Shown here in pieces: positions 20,824 through 30,227 of a DNA stretch of 64,000 nucleotides; within the stretch, counting starts at the first letter, position 1, and the number at the start of each line of letters is the position of its first letter. The stretch is from Candidatus Latescibacterota bacterium. Its GTDB lineage: Bacteria > Latescibacterota > UBA2968. The DNA is taken from NCBI GenBank assembly GCA_965205975.1, contig OZ242195.1, positions 3,040,001-3,104,000 on the forward strand, written 5' to 3'. Under the pieces are notes generated by a model that worked only from the letters and a program-made list of their open reading frames with translations, searched no databases and was not told the origin of the DNA. Both the position numbers and the translations under genes were made by a program.

Positions 20824-21656
20824 TACAAAATGCGTTGATCGCTCAAATCCTTGCCACCAACTGTACGCGTAAGCGACCCACCCAAATATTCCACAACCTC
20901 CAGATCGGCCAGCGCATTGACAATATTATACATCGTGGGCAAATCTTCCCAACGCGCGCGGTTCCACGCAATACACCCATCACCGACCAGATGCTCTTCA
21001 ACCTTTCGATGTCCTCCCTTTGCTGGCGTAATAACCGGATAGGCAATATCCTCCTTACCCCATACGCCCGTTCGCGGCATATATTTGTAGTGAAGTGTCC
21101 CATCGACTTTCGCGCCACCGCCCTTCGCAGGCGTCGGATCTTCGGATTTTGGCCTCAGATTCGTCACCGAAATATCCAGAAAATTGAACCCCAACCAACC
21201 CGCAACAGCCTGCGCCTCACTGCTCGTAATACGCGGCTCGGGCATCTCGCAATAGATCTTTGAAAACCCGAGTTCCTCACGCCCGGTAATAATCGGGTCA
21301 CACAAATTCTCCCACAACACAGAAAGAAAAGGCCCGCGAACATGGTCTCTCGCCCCCTTAAACACCGCCGGAAAAGAAACACCCAGAATATTGTAACCGC
21401 GCCCCGCCAACCATTCAATTTCCTTCATATAATTGGCATACACCGACACAACAGGCTCTCCGCCGAGTTCAAAACACTCGGGCAAAAGCGCCTTAAGCTG
21501 CTCCGCATTTGAAAGGAACGACACCGAAATCGACGTATTCTTCGGATTATCCACACATTCAAATTTACGACCATCTGGCCCCTGGCGAGGACCCATAAGC
21601 GGGCCGAAATGCGTGGGCATGCGATACATCTTGCCGGGTTGAAATTTATAAGCCAT
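20820..21656 (-). CDS. Acetoacetate decarboxylase family protein
   Basis: MPTHFGP, WLAGRGYN, PIITGREELGFSK. Confidence 0.82.
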   Translation of the reverse strand: MAYKFQPGKMYRMPTHFGPLMGPRQGPDGRKFECVDNPKNTSISVSFLSNAEQLKALLPECFELGGEPVVSVYANYMKEIEWLAGRGYNILGVSFPAVFKGARDHVRGPFLSVLWENLCDPIITGREELGFSKIYCEMPEPRITSSEAQAVAGWLGFNFLDISVTNLRPKSEDPTPAKGGGAKVDGTLHYKYMPRTGVWGKEDIAYPVITPAKGGHRKVEEHLVGDGCIAWNRARWEDLPTMYNIVNALADLEVVEYLGGSLTRTVGGKDLSDQRILY

Positions 21657-21681
21657 AAAAACTCCTTTTTTGTGTTTTTAC

Positions 21682-22494
21682 CTACTCCTCCTGCAAATTA
21701 TCAACCATAGACAGCGGCGACCCTGCGAAAAGCCCGGCATCCACGGGCAGGACCACCCCCGAAATCCAGCGCGACTCATCGCTGCCCAAAAACACGGCAG
21801 CCCAGGCAATATCCCATGCATTTCCCTCTGTGCCCAGCGGCGCAATCTTGCGGCGGCGCTCTCGCGACTCCTGGGGAATATTGCCGACAAAAGTCGTGTG
21901 AAGATGCCCGGGCGCAATACTATTCACGCGCACATTCTCTCGCCCGTGGTGAACCGCAGCCAGCCGCGTCAGCGCGATAATCCCCCCCTTGGTAATCCCG
22001 TAAGGAACATTGCGCGAATTGCCAGCTCGCATACCGTCAATAGACGAAATATTAATCACAGAACCCCCGCCGGAAGCCGCCATCTCGGGAATCGCGTACT
22101 TACATAAAAAAACCATACTCTTAAGCCCCACATCCATCACGCGATGCCAGTTCTCCTCTTCGACTTCTGTCACCCTGCCAGGCCCGTGAATACCCACATT
22201 ATTAAACAGAATATCCAATTTCCCATAGTGTTCAATCGCCGCATCCACAATCGCCCGACACTCATCCGTCTTTGAAACATCGGCCAAAACAATCTCTGCC
22301 TCTCCACCCTCTGCCTGAATCTCCGCCCGGGTCCTCTCCGCATTCTCCCCGTCAATATCCGCCAGAATTACCCTCGCACCTTCCCGGGCAAAAAGCACCG
22401 CAGTCGCACTCCCCACCCCCCTCAACTTCTCATCCTCAACCTCGCGCGTCCCCGCACCCGTAACAATAGCGACCTTATCTTTCAAACGATCCAT
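21682..22494 (-). CDS. SDR family oxidoreductase
   Basis: TGAG...GVG, NNVG, YGITK. Confidence 0.92.
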   Translation of the reverse strand: MDRLKDKVAIVTGAGTREVEDEKLRGVGSATAVLFAREGARVILADIDGENAERTRAEIQAEGGEAEIVLADVSKTDECRAIVDAAIEHYGKLDILFNNVGIHGPGRVTEVEEENWHRVMDVGLKSMVFLCKYAIPEMAASGGGSVINISSIDGMRAGNSRNVPYGITKGGIIALTRLAAVHHGRENVRVNSIAPGHLHTTFVGNIPQESRERRRKIAPLGTEGNAWDIAWAAVFLGSDESRWISGVVLPVDAGLFAGSPLSMVDNLQEE

Positions 22495-22504
22495 AAACAG
22501 TCCC

Positions 22505-23950
22505 TCATCTCCTCAAATTTACCCACTGCTGATATTTGTCGTGATCAAAGCGGTCGCGCAGTGGACCAATATGCGTCTCAATCAGACCCTGGCGAACTGA
22601 CTCAAGCTCCGCATCTTCCACCAGATTATTCAACTCATCCGGATCAGCCTCAACATCATACAATTCAACAGGCCTCTCCGAAACCGATTCCACCCCGAGT
22701 TTATATCGCCCGTCAAACACCATCGTATGGCCCAAAACCTCGCTAATCACAGCATCCTTCCCCCTCTGCGCGCCCTCTGCATCGGCACCCGCTTGAACCT
22801 GTGAAACAAGAGACTGCCCATCGGTCTGCAAAGGTACGGCATCCGCAATATCAACAACAGAAGCAGCCACATCAATCACATCGGTCAACGCCCCGGTTTG
22901 CCATCCTTGCGTACCTCCCGGCGGGCGCACAATCAGAGGAACGCGAACAGACGCATCGTAAAAAACGATCTTATTATACAACATATGATCGCCCAGCATC
23001 TCGCCGTGATCCGAGTTGTAAATCACCCATGTATTATCCGCGAGACCGGTCTCCTCAAGCGCGTCGAGCATCTCGCCAATATAGTGATCGATAAGCGTAA
23101 TCTTCGCGAAATAATTCACCATCATGATTTGCTTTTGCTCAACCGTCATACCCGACAAATTCTTACTCCTCTGCATACGTCGAACATTCAGCGGAACGGG
23201 ATCACCCGGCGCATCCATAATACCCGTGGGCATATCCCCGGGATCGTACATATCCCGGTACTCCTGCGGAGAATCAAACGGATCGTGGGGACCTGGACAA
23301 AGAACCTGCAAATAAAAAGGCTTATCGCCCTTGTAATCGCGAATCCAATTCGCCGCGGTACGCCCCGTATAACTATCCAAATGTGCCTCAGTAGGCAGTG
23401 GACAGGGAGGTTCCTCCCAGGGCTTAAGCGTCCCACTCTGCCAGGGAATGCGAAAATCATTGATAAATTTTCGATGCGTCCCCAACAGACCCATCTCTTC
23501 GAGATAATCGGTATAAGGCGAACTGTGTCTTCCCGAAGCAATCGGACCGTGAAGCTCGTGCGGATCGTCAAACCCCCACGCATTGAGCACATTGACGCGA
23601 TCTCTGCTATGCGAAGCCGGAACCCCGCCGTGGAGATAGAGATGTGACTTCCCGATCAAAGCCGTGTGATAACCCGCATCGCGCACCTGACGCACATGGC
23701 TGGGACCTTCACAATCGGCATCCTGGTCATTTGCCCACAGCCCGTGCTCGCGGGGATACAGACCGCTCATCATAGACGCGCGAGACGGCATACACAGCGG
23801 ACAATTGGTATAGCACTGCGTATAAGTAACACTCTCAAACGCGAGGCGATCCAGATTCGGCGTCTTAACTACCGGATGCCCAACGCACCCCATCGCATCG
23901 CCGCGATGCTGGTCGGAAAAGATATAGAGAATATTGGGTTGATCAGCCAT
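22505..23950 (-). CDS. Sulfatase
   Basis: PNILYIFSDQHR, CMPSR, GKSH, SDHG; start ATG 23950 (upstream ORF extension is repeat-derived). Confidence 0.92.
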   Translation of the reverse strand: MADQPNILYIFSDQHRGDAMGCVGHPVVKTPNLDRLAFESVTYTQCYTNCPLCMPSRASMMSGLYPREHGLWANDQDADCEGPSHVRQVRDAGYHTALIGKSHLYLHGGVPASHSRDRVNVLNAWGFDDPHELHGPIASGRHSSPYTDYLEEMGLLGTHRKFINDFRIPWQSGTLKPWEEPPCPLPTEAHLDSYTGRTAANWIRDYKGDKPFYLQVLCPGPHDPFDSPQEYRDMYDPGDMPTGIMDAPGDPVPLNVRRMQRSKNLSGMTVEQKQIMMVNYFAKITLIDHYIGEMLDALEETGLADNTWVIYNSDHGEMLGDHMLYNKIVFYDASVRVPLIVRPPGGTQGWQTGALTDVIDVAASVVDIADAVPLQTDGQSLVSQVQAGADAEGAQRGKDAVISEVLGHTMVFDGRYKLGVESVSERPVELYDVEADPDELNNLVEDAELESVRQGLIETHIGPLRDRFDHDKYQQWVNLRR

Positions 23951-23962
23951 GAAAACTCCCTT

Positions 23963-24057
23963 GCGAATCAACGAATCAACGAATCTGCGAATCTGCGAAC
24001 CCCGCCCATCCTCCAAAACCAGTATGTATCTCCATTCGTCTATTCGTCTATTCGTCA
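23963..24057 (+). repeat. Composite 8-mer repeat element
   Basis: (GAATCAAC)x2(GAATCTGC)x2 - GAACCCCGCCCATCCTCCAAAA - (ATTCGTCT)x2-3. Confidence 0.85.
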
Positions 24058-25092
24058 TCTCGGAATCACGACCCTGCGTCCTCTCGACATCAGTGCCGCC
24101 TCATAAACCTTCATAACAGACAGCGCGAACGCCAGGGACCCGACCTCTGCCGTCCTATCCTCCAGAACACAATCGCAGAAATAGCGCATCTCATTGTAAA
24201 AACCCTGCGTAAAGAGTGCCTTATTCTCAAGGGTCCCCAGCGTATCCTGAGGCTCCCATGAGATCGTACCAGAATCCAAACCCGTGGGAATATAACTTCT
24301 CGTACTTGAATAATTAAAAGGAATACCGCGTTCCAGAGTCACGCGAAGATCTTTATCAATCGCCACATGCTGATTCCCCCAAAATGCATACCGCTCGCAT
24401 CCACGACGCGCAGAAACCAGATTAAAAGACCCCACGACACCACTCGCAAATTCGAGAATACACACACCGCCACCGTGATCGCTTCTATGCATAGTAACAG
24501 CCGAAACATCTCCTCCAACAGCCAGAAGCAGCGAAAGCGGATGACAGCCATTCTTCAGCCAGTTGGGCGCTTCGCGCGCTCTGAGCACCTGCTCCCCATC
24601 CTCGGGAATCGTCATCGGATACTCTGCGGAAAGTCCCCTGAGCGGACCGCAATCCTCTGTCCCCATCAACTCAATCACCTTCCGGGTCGCCGGCATAAAT
24701 GCCTTCTTAAAACCCACAACAACCACGCGATCCCCGCGATGGCGCATCATCGTTTCCACCTCGGAAGCCAGCGTAGCGGGCGGCTTCTCCATCCACACAT
24801 GCAGCCCGGCATCCAACGCCTCGCACGCCAGCTCTGGATGTGCTTCCGGAGACACACAGATAAAAACGCAATCCAAATCCTCACCCGCGTACATATCCGC
24901 AGTGCTGGCATAGCAAGCATCCACGCCGTATTCCTCCGCCGTCGCCTTCGCGAGATCCAGCCTCAAATCGCAAAAAGCCTTAAGCCTCACCGGAAGATAA
25001 TGCATCGCAGGCAGGATATTCCTGTAGCAATGTGACCCGATGCCAACAACGCCGACATTCAGCCGACTTTCAAACTCTCTCTGATAACTCAT
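24055..25092 (-). CDS. Gfo/Idh/MocA oxidoreductase
   Basis: VGVVGIG, HVWMEKP, GCH. Confidence 0.9.
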   Translation of the reverse strand: MSYQREFESRLNVGVVGIGSHCYRNILPAMHYLPVRLKAFCDLRLDLAKATAEEYGVDACYASTADMYAGEDLDCVFICVSPEAHPELACEALDAGLHVWMEKPPATLASEVETMMRHRGDRVVVVGFKKAFMPATRKVIELMGTEDCGPLRGLSAEYPMTIPEDGEQVLRAREAPNWLKNGCHPLSLLLAVGGDVSAVTMHRSDHGGGVCILEFASGVVGSFNLVSARRGCERYAFWGNQHVAIDKDLRVTLERGIPFNYSSTRSYIPTGLDSGTISWEPQDTLGTLENKALFTQGFYNEMRYFCDCVLEDRTAEVGSLAFALSVMKVYEAALMSRGRRVVIPR

Positions 25093-25097
25093 AGCTA

Positions 25098-25502
25098 CTA
25101 TCTGGCAAAACTGGAGCGCAATTTAATACCCCATCTGCCATCCTCATACGTAAGAACATAAAGTGAATCGTGAGCGGCAATCACCGAACCGTCTTCGCGG
25201 TAGCGAGTAAATTGCGTATCAACGTGAATCTTCTCATCCGAACAATGGACGATCTCGCGCCGGGTCCAAACACTGTAGTGCCAGCCGATATTGCCCAACC
25301 CCGTCCTCACGCGCGCGATAAACTCATCGTCCATATCCGCGTCTTCCCATCGGTGCATGATTCCCGAAGCCAGACGAAAATGTGGAAAATGCATCGTCGC
25401 CTTCCACGCCTGCAGATCCAGCGCATTAAAACCGGCCATCCACGCATCCAGCACGGGAATCGCCCGTTCTCTCGCCTGTGCAACCGCTTCTTCTGATGGC
25501 AT
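25098..25502 (-). CDS. NTF2/SnoaL-like small protein
   Basis: [24 protein letters not shown]...DGRWGI. Confidence 0.7.
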   Translation of the reverse strand: MPSEEAVAQARERAIPVLDAWMAGFNALDLQAWKATMHFPHFRLASGIMHRWEDADMDDEFIARVRTGLGNIGWHYSVWTRREIVHCSDEKIHVDTQFTRYREDGSVIAAHDSLYVLTYEDGRWGIKLRSSFAR

Positions 25503-25516
25503 AAACCCTCCAATTC

Positions 25517-28006
25517 CTAACCATGTGGCAAATAATATTCGTGAAGTTGCTCTTTCGCTATGCCCTTTGCGATCAGACCATCAACATAATCGCTATCATA
25601 ACCCAACTCCCCGAGAATCTCCCTCGTATGCGCTCCCTGTTTGGGACAAGCGTAAAGCAATTGAACAGGCGCATTCTTCAAACGCACATAAGCGGGCGGC
25701 GCGAGATCGACAGCACTGCCAGCCGGATGATCTGTAAAACGAACAATAGAAATGGATCGCCCATCGTCCCATGTGTCCAACAGATCGTCACACACCTCGT
25801 GCAAAAACATCTCGCGAATATCTTCCAGCGAATCAATGCGGTGCCCGGCCAGACCCACCTCGTTAAAAACTTTAACCCAATGGGCCACATCGCGTTTTTT
25901 GATCTCACCCTCTAAAAATTCGCCAGCATCTTCATCGGGTGTATTCTCCAACCCCGCAACACACCTCAACTTACCCATCTCATGTTCCAACCCACCCAGG
26001 AAAACCCAGCCATCGCGCGCGCGATACATGCGGTGAAGCGCGTGTTCACCAACAGCATCCTGTCCCGCTGGCTCATCGCCCGAGCACCCGGCTTCGCAAG
26101 CATACATAAAAGGCGCCTGCACGAGTTGCCCCCCCTGCGCGAGCGACGTCGTCACAAAATCGCCGCCATCGGGCACGCCGCTGCGCCTGCGCTTGAGCAA
26201 CGCCAGCACCGCGCCATAAGTAGCCGAATATCCCGTAATATAATCGATACACGACGCCCAACCGTGCAACACCGGTCTCTTGCCCTCACCACCATAGCGC
26301 ATCTGTATCCCCGTCGATCCCTGAAGCAGAGGATCAAAACCCGGTCGATTCATCCACGGTCCCGGGCGCGGACCATTAAACGCCGTCAAATTGAGATACA
26401 CAATATCGGGTTTACACCGCTTAACAGCATCGTAGTCAATACCCAAACTTTGCGCAACCCCGGGCCGGAAATTGTGAACAATAACATCGGCTGTCTCAAC
26501 CAACTTCATAAAAGCCGCCCTGCCAGCCTCGTCTTTCAAATTCAAAATCACACTGCGCTTCCCGGGACTAACTTCCAGAGGAAACCAACTGGAAATGCGC
26601 GGACCAAAATAAGGCTCCGGCGGATCAATCTTAATAACCTCCGCACCGTATTCCGCCAGCGTACGCGCACTGGCTGGTCCCGCGAGCACATTGGACAAAT
26701 CCAAAACGCGAATACCTTCCAAAATGGGTTTTGCTGGCGAAGTAGCCTCTGTGGATTTTGATTCACCGCCACCTGCAAAAGATCCATCTGCGTTCATCTG
26801 CGTCATCTGCGTCATCTGCGGATACGCTTCTAACGGCCTCGACGGCCTGGGAATCGCGCATTCATCCGGCGTCTTGGCAAGCCACGTCTGCACGCCGAGT
26901 TGCCGCATCGGACCATACTCGGGATCATCAACCACAACAGTCAAAGCCGCTTCTTCGGTCTCGGATTTGTGCAACCACTCCTGTGCCGTACGCTGAATCG
27001 TACACGGCACGCCAGCAGCCGTCAAAACATCGACCCAGTGTTGTGCAGGTTCACTCGCCAGCACACTTTCAATTTTTTCCCGCGCTTTGAGATTCCATTC
27101 ACGAGACAAATGGGATGAATCGGGAATATTATTCGTCAGATGCAGATTCTCATACACGGGCACATCGACCATACCCTCTGCGATCAAATCATCGTACACC
27201 TCCAGCGCCTTGACCAGTGACCGACTATTTCGAGAATGTCCAGCCGCAATAATATAAAGCCATTGCCCATCGCCTGCCCGAAACGTGCCACTAAAAGGCG
27301 ACCCCGCACGACTGCGTTGTTTCTGACGACCAACATTAGACGGGCCGCCATATCGCGCGGGCTTGTCCGCCACATCCAGCATAATAACCGCCATAGCAGA
27401 CATCGCCGCACCAACCAGAGAAACCTCGATCACATCGCCGCGCCCGCTCTCTTCACGCGCATACAGCGCAAGCGTAACAGCGATAGCACCGTGAATCGCC
27501 CCATAAGTCGAACCCAACGGCATCGGCGTATAAACAGGTGGCAAATCCGGTCTTCTACTTTGAAGATCTGTATATTGACCTATAGCCGCGCTGATAATAC
27601 CTTCAAATGCGCGAATCGACGCTCTGTCATCCGTCGAAGCAAAACCCGGCAAAGAGAGATAAATCAACCCCGGATTCAGCGTAGTCATCTCTTCGGCTCC
27701 CAAACCCAATCGCTGCATAACGCCCGGGCGGAAATTTTCAATAACCACATCCGCCGAACGGATTAACTTCACCGCAGTCGCGAGATCATCTGCATTTTTC
27801 AGATCGAGCGCGATGCGCTGTTTGCCCCGATTAAAAACGCCATTTGCCGGCGTATCCCAATCCGGCTTACCCGGCCGATCCACCTTAATCACCTCGGCAC
27901 CCTGATCTGCGAGCAACATCCCCGTCAAAGGCCCGGCAATATAATGACCGAAATCGACAACGCGGATCCCGGTCAACGGCACTTGTTTATCGCGTTCTGG
28001 ATTCAT
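25517..28006 (-). CDS. Two-domain class III CoA-transferase (CaiB/BaiF)
   Basis: Two L.GIRV.D....AGP...LA..GA.VIK.D and DV...NFRPG units. Confidence 0.92.
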   Translation of the reverse strand: MNPERDKQVPLTGIRVVDFGHYIAGPLTGMLLADQGAEVIKVDRPGKPDWDTPANGVFNRGKQRIALDLKNADDLATAVKLIRSADVVIENFRPGVMQRLGLGAEEMTTLNPGLIYLSLPGFASTDDRASIRAFEGIISAAIGQYTDLQSRRPDLPPVYTPMPLGSTYGAIHGAIAVTLALYAREESGRGDVIEVSLVGAAMSAMAVIMLDVADKPARYGGPSNVGRQKQRSRAGSPFSGTFRAGDGQWLYIIAAGHSRNSRSLVKALEVYDDLIAEGMVDVPVYENLHLTNNIPDSSHLSREWNLKAREKIESVLASEPAQHWVDVLTAAGVPCTIQRTAQEWLHKSETEEAALTVVVDDPEYGPMRQLGVQTWLAKTPDECAIPRPSRPLEAYPQMTQMTQMNADGSFAGGGESKSTEATSPAKPILEGIRVLDLSNVLAGPASARTLAEYGAEVIKIDPPEPYFGPRISSWFPLEVSPGKRSVILNLKDEAGRAAFMKLVETADVIVHNFRPGVAQSLGIDYDAVKRCKPDIVYLNLTAFNGPRPGPWMNRPGFDPLLQGSTGIQMRYGGEGKRPVLHGWASCIDYITGYSATYGAVLALLKRRRSGVPDGGDFVTTSLAQGGQLVQAPFMYACEAGCSGDEPAGQDAVGEHALHRMYRARDGWVFLGGLEHEMGKLRCVAGLENTPDEDAGEFLEGEIKKRDVAHWVKVFNEVGLAGHRIDSLEDIREMFLHEVCDDLLDTWDDGRSISIVRFTDHPAGSAVDLAPPAYVRLKNAPVQLLYACPKQGAHTREILGELGYDSDYVDGLIAKGIAKEQLHEYYLPHG

Positions 28007-28168
28007 CAACTATCTCCTCAAACAAGGTCCTCTGATAACTCATTAACTGACATTACGCATATATCGCCTGTCATCCCCATTTCATAGGCATGACAAGATA
28101 TAGCGTTGCTGCGTAAGGTCAAATATATATTTTCGGAATCACCGTCGAAAACATGAGAAGTATAAACC

Positions 28169-28199
28169 AAAAAACCACGCCCAAAGGACGTGGTTTTTT
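28169..28199. terminator. Bidirectional intrinsic terminator at the island's left edge
   Basis: AAAAAACCACG-CCCAAAGGA-CGTGGTTTTTT. Confidence 0.75.
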
Positions 28200-28246
28200 A
28201 TTTATGAACTTGACCTGTTTTAGTTGATAACAGAATTAAACCCACT

Positions 28247-29575
28247 GGTCGAGTCCAAAAAGTTCTGTAAAATAGTAGCTCCGTGAAATAGGGGTCAGTG
28301 ATTTTGTTTTAGGTACGTCATGTCCAGATAGCGTCTGCCTGTGATCCACTCATCAGACCATTCCATACACAACGCGCCGATGAGACGTTCACAAGCCTTC
28401 TGGTTGGGGAAGATCTGCACCACATCGGCACGTCTTTTGATCTCCCGGTTGAGTCTCTCCAACAGGTTGGTGGTACGAATGCGTCTTTGGTGCTGTTGTG
28501 GAAAGTGGAAGCAGGCCAGAGCATGGATAATATCCTGGTCTATCTTGTCCACGAGCTTGGGCAGTATCTCTTCATAGGTGTCCATCATAGCAGATAGGCG
28601 CGCTTGTGCAGTGGCCTGATCGGGGGCATTGAAAACGTCTTTGAGTGCTTGGGCAACTTCGCGTTGATACTTAGGCGGTGTAATGCCTTTGACATTTCTG
28701 TGAAAATGGGTTTGACAATGCTGCCAAGAAGCCCCTTGAAAGTGTCGTTTGATGGCGTTTTGTAAGCCTTCGTGGTGGTCAGAGATAACCAGTTGCACAC
28801 CCTTTAACCCACGCTTTTTAAGGTCTTTAAACAAATCCCCATACGTGGCTTCTGTCTCGGTGTGCGCCACGTCAATGGCCAAAATGTCGCGGTGCCCACT
28901 CTCTGCGATCCCAGAAACGATTAAGACGGCCTCAGAAGCGACCTGTCCTCGACTACGGATGTGGAGATAGGTCGCATCAATGATCAGATAAGGGTATCCT
29001 TGCTCAAGGGAACGCCCCCGCCAGGCTTTAATATCTGCATCCAGGTCTTGACAAAGCTGTGAGACTTGGGACTTTGAAAAAGAGGTGCCACACAAGGCTT
29101 CTGTGATCTTTGTCACTTTGCGTGTGGAGACCCCTTGCAAATACGCCTCTTGAAGGGCAAGAATCAGTGCTTTTTCACTGCGTTGAAACCGTGAGAATAA
29201 CGCACTGCTAAATCGTCCTTCCCGATCTTGAGGCACGCGCAGTTCGATACGGCCTACGCGCGTCTTGAGGACACGAGGCTTATATCCGTTACGGTAGCCT
29301 GTCCGCTCGCCAGTTCTTTCATAAGGTTCTGCTTGTAAACACGACGTGATCTCGGCTTCCATAAACTGTTGCAGGAAGCGGGTGATGGCCTGATTGAGAA
29401 AATCAGGGTCATTCAAAAGTGCAAATTGCTCTGGCGCGGCAATTTTTATATCTTTGGGGTAAGTCATCGTAGCCTCCAAGGTTAGGGTTTATATTACTAC
29501 TCACCCCTATTTTAAGATTTTTCTCGGAGCTACGGTGACTTTTTTTCCTTTTTACAGAAATTTAAGGACGCTATC
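28247..29575 (-). mobile_element. IS256-family insertion sequence (about 1329 bp)
   Basis: Imperfect terminal IRs GGTCGAGTCCAAAAAGTTCTGTAAAA / GATAGCGTCCTTAAATTTCTGTAAAA; sub-terminal GTAGCTCCG/CGGAGCTAC; no target duplication seen. Confidence 0.9.
28295..29479 (-). CDS. IS256 family transposase
   Basis: YRNGY...TRVG.I.L.VPQDR.G.F, GVSTR, IIDA, ISD, QHCQTHF, IRTTNLLERLNREIKRR. Confidence 0.96.
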   Translation of the reverse strand: MEATMTYPKDIKIAAPEQFALLNDPDFLNQAITRFLQQFMEAEITSCLQAEPYERTGERTGYRNGYKPRVLKTRVGRIELRVPQDREGRFSSALFSRFQRSEKALILALQEAYLQGVSTRKVTKITEALCGTSFSKSQVSQLCQDLDADIKAWRGRSLEQGYPYLIIDATYLHIRSRGQVASEAVLIVSGIAESGHRDILAIDVAHTETEATYGDLFKDLKKRGLKGVQLVISDHHEGLQNAIKRHFQGASWQHCQTHFHRNVKGITPPKYQREVAQALKDVFNAPDQATAQARLSAMMDTYEEILPKLVDKIDQDIIHALACFHFPQQHQRRIRTTNLLERLNREIKRRADVVQIFPNQKACERLIGALCMEWSDEWITGRRYLDMTYLKQNH

Positions 29576-29997
29576 TCCACTTCGTTGATCATGCGATAAA
29601 CCACATCTCCAGATTTGTTGCGATCATAAAAACTCAATGGCAACTGGATCAAGTGGTCGAAAAGATGGCTCCTTATATCCAGCATCATGCGATTGTTTAT
29701 CCAAGCAAATAGATAGTTTGAGCAAAAACCAATGATGATATTGCCGACTGTAACGCCCAGGAGCAGAAGCAAAATAAATATCAACAGCTCATAATCTTCA
29801 TTTGGAAAAACATCATCAATGATAATTTTCATGATATAGGGAAAAGCCAACGAGCTAACAGTCCCCAGGATCATGAGAACAAAAACAATGCTTTGGTGTA
29901 TCCAATAAGGTTTCAGAAATTTCAAGAAATGATAAAAGACATGTCCCTGCTTAGAGAGATTGAAAATGGCTGATATGACTGGTTGTTTGTTCTTCAT
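29576..29997 (-). pseudogene. 5' fragment of an ABC exporter (TM domain) truncated by IS256
   Basis: PYIMKIIIDDV...IRSHLFDHLIQLPLSFYDRNKSGDVVYRM; frame runs into the IS end; no NBD on either side of the IS. Confidence 0.85.
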
Positions 29998-30078
29998 ATT
30001 CACCCGTGATGTAAACAACTCAAAGTGTGCGTATGCATAAGACGCTCTTTGCTCGATAAGCTCAAGTAAACCATTCTC

Positions 30079-30192
30079 TCAAGCTCATATTCCCAAATGC
30101 TTGAGCTTTGAACTGTTGCCTGCCCGCGCCGTCGCACGGCAGGCAGGTCTGCCGCCAATATTCGACTTGCCAGGGTCTGTCGGCGGCTTTTT
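30079..30192 (+). ncRNA. Structured intergenic element, copy 1 (candidate sRNA or attenuator)
   Basis: AAGCTCA..TGAGCTT hairpin, TGCCTGCC..GGCAGGCA hairpin, GCCGCC..GGCGGC+T5; near-identical copy at 34501-34613. Confidence 0.4.
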
Positions 30193-30227
30193 ATATTTAG
30201 AAATCCGGACAAATAGATAACCGCGTA

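Noticed and set aside
28238..29585. IS256 target-site duplication
   Set aside because: The flanks share only CCACT at offset positions, not an 8-9 bp direct repeat
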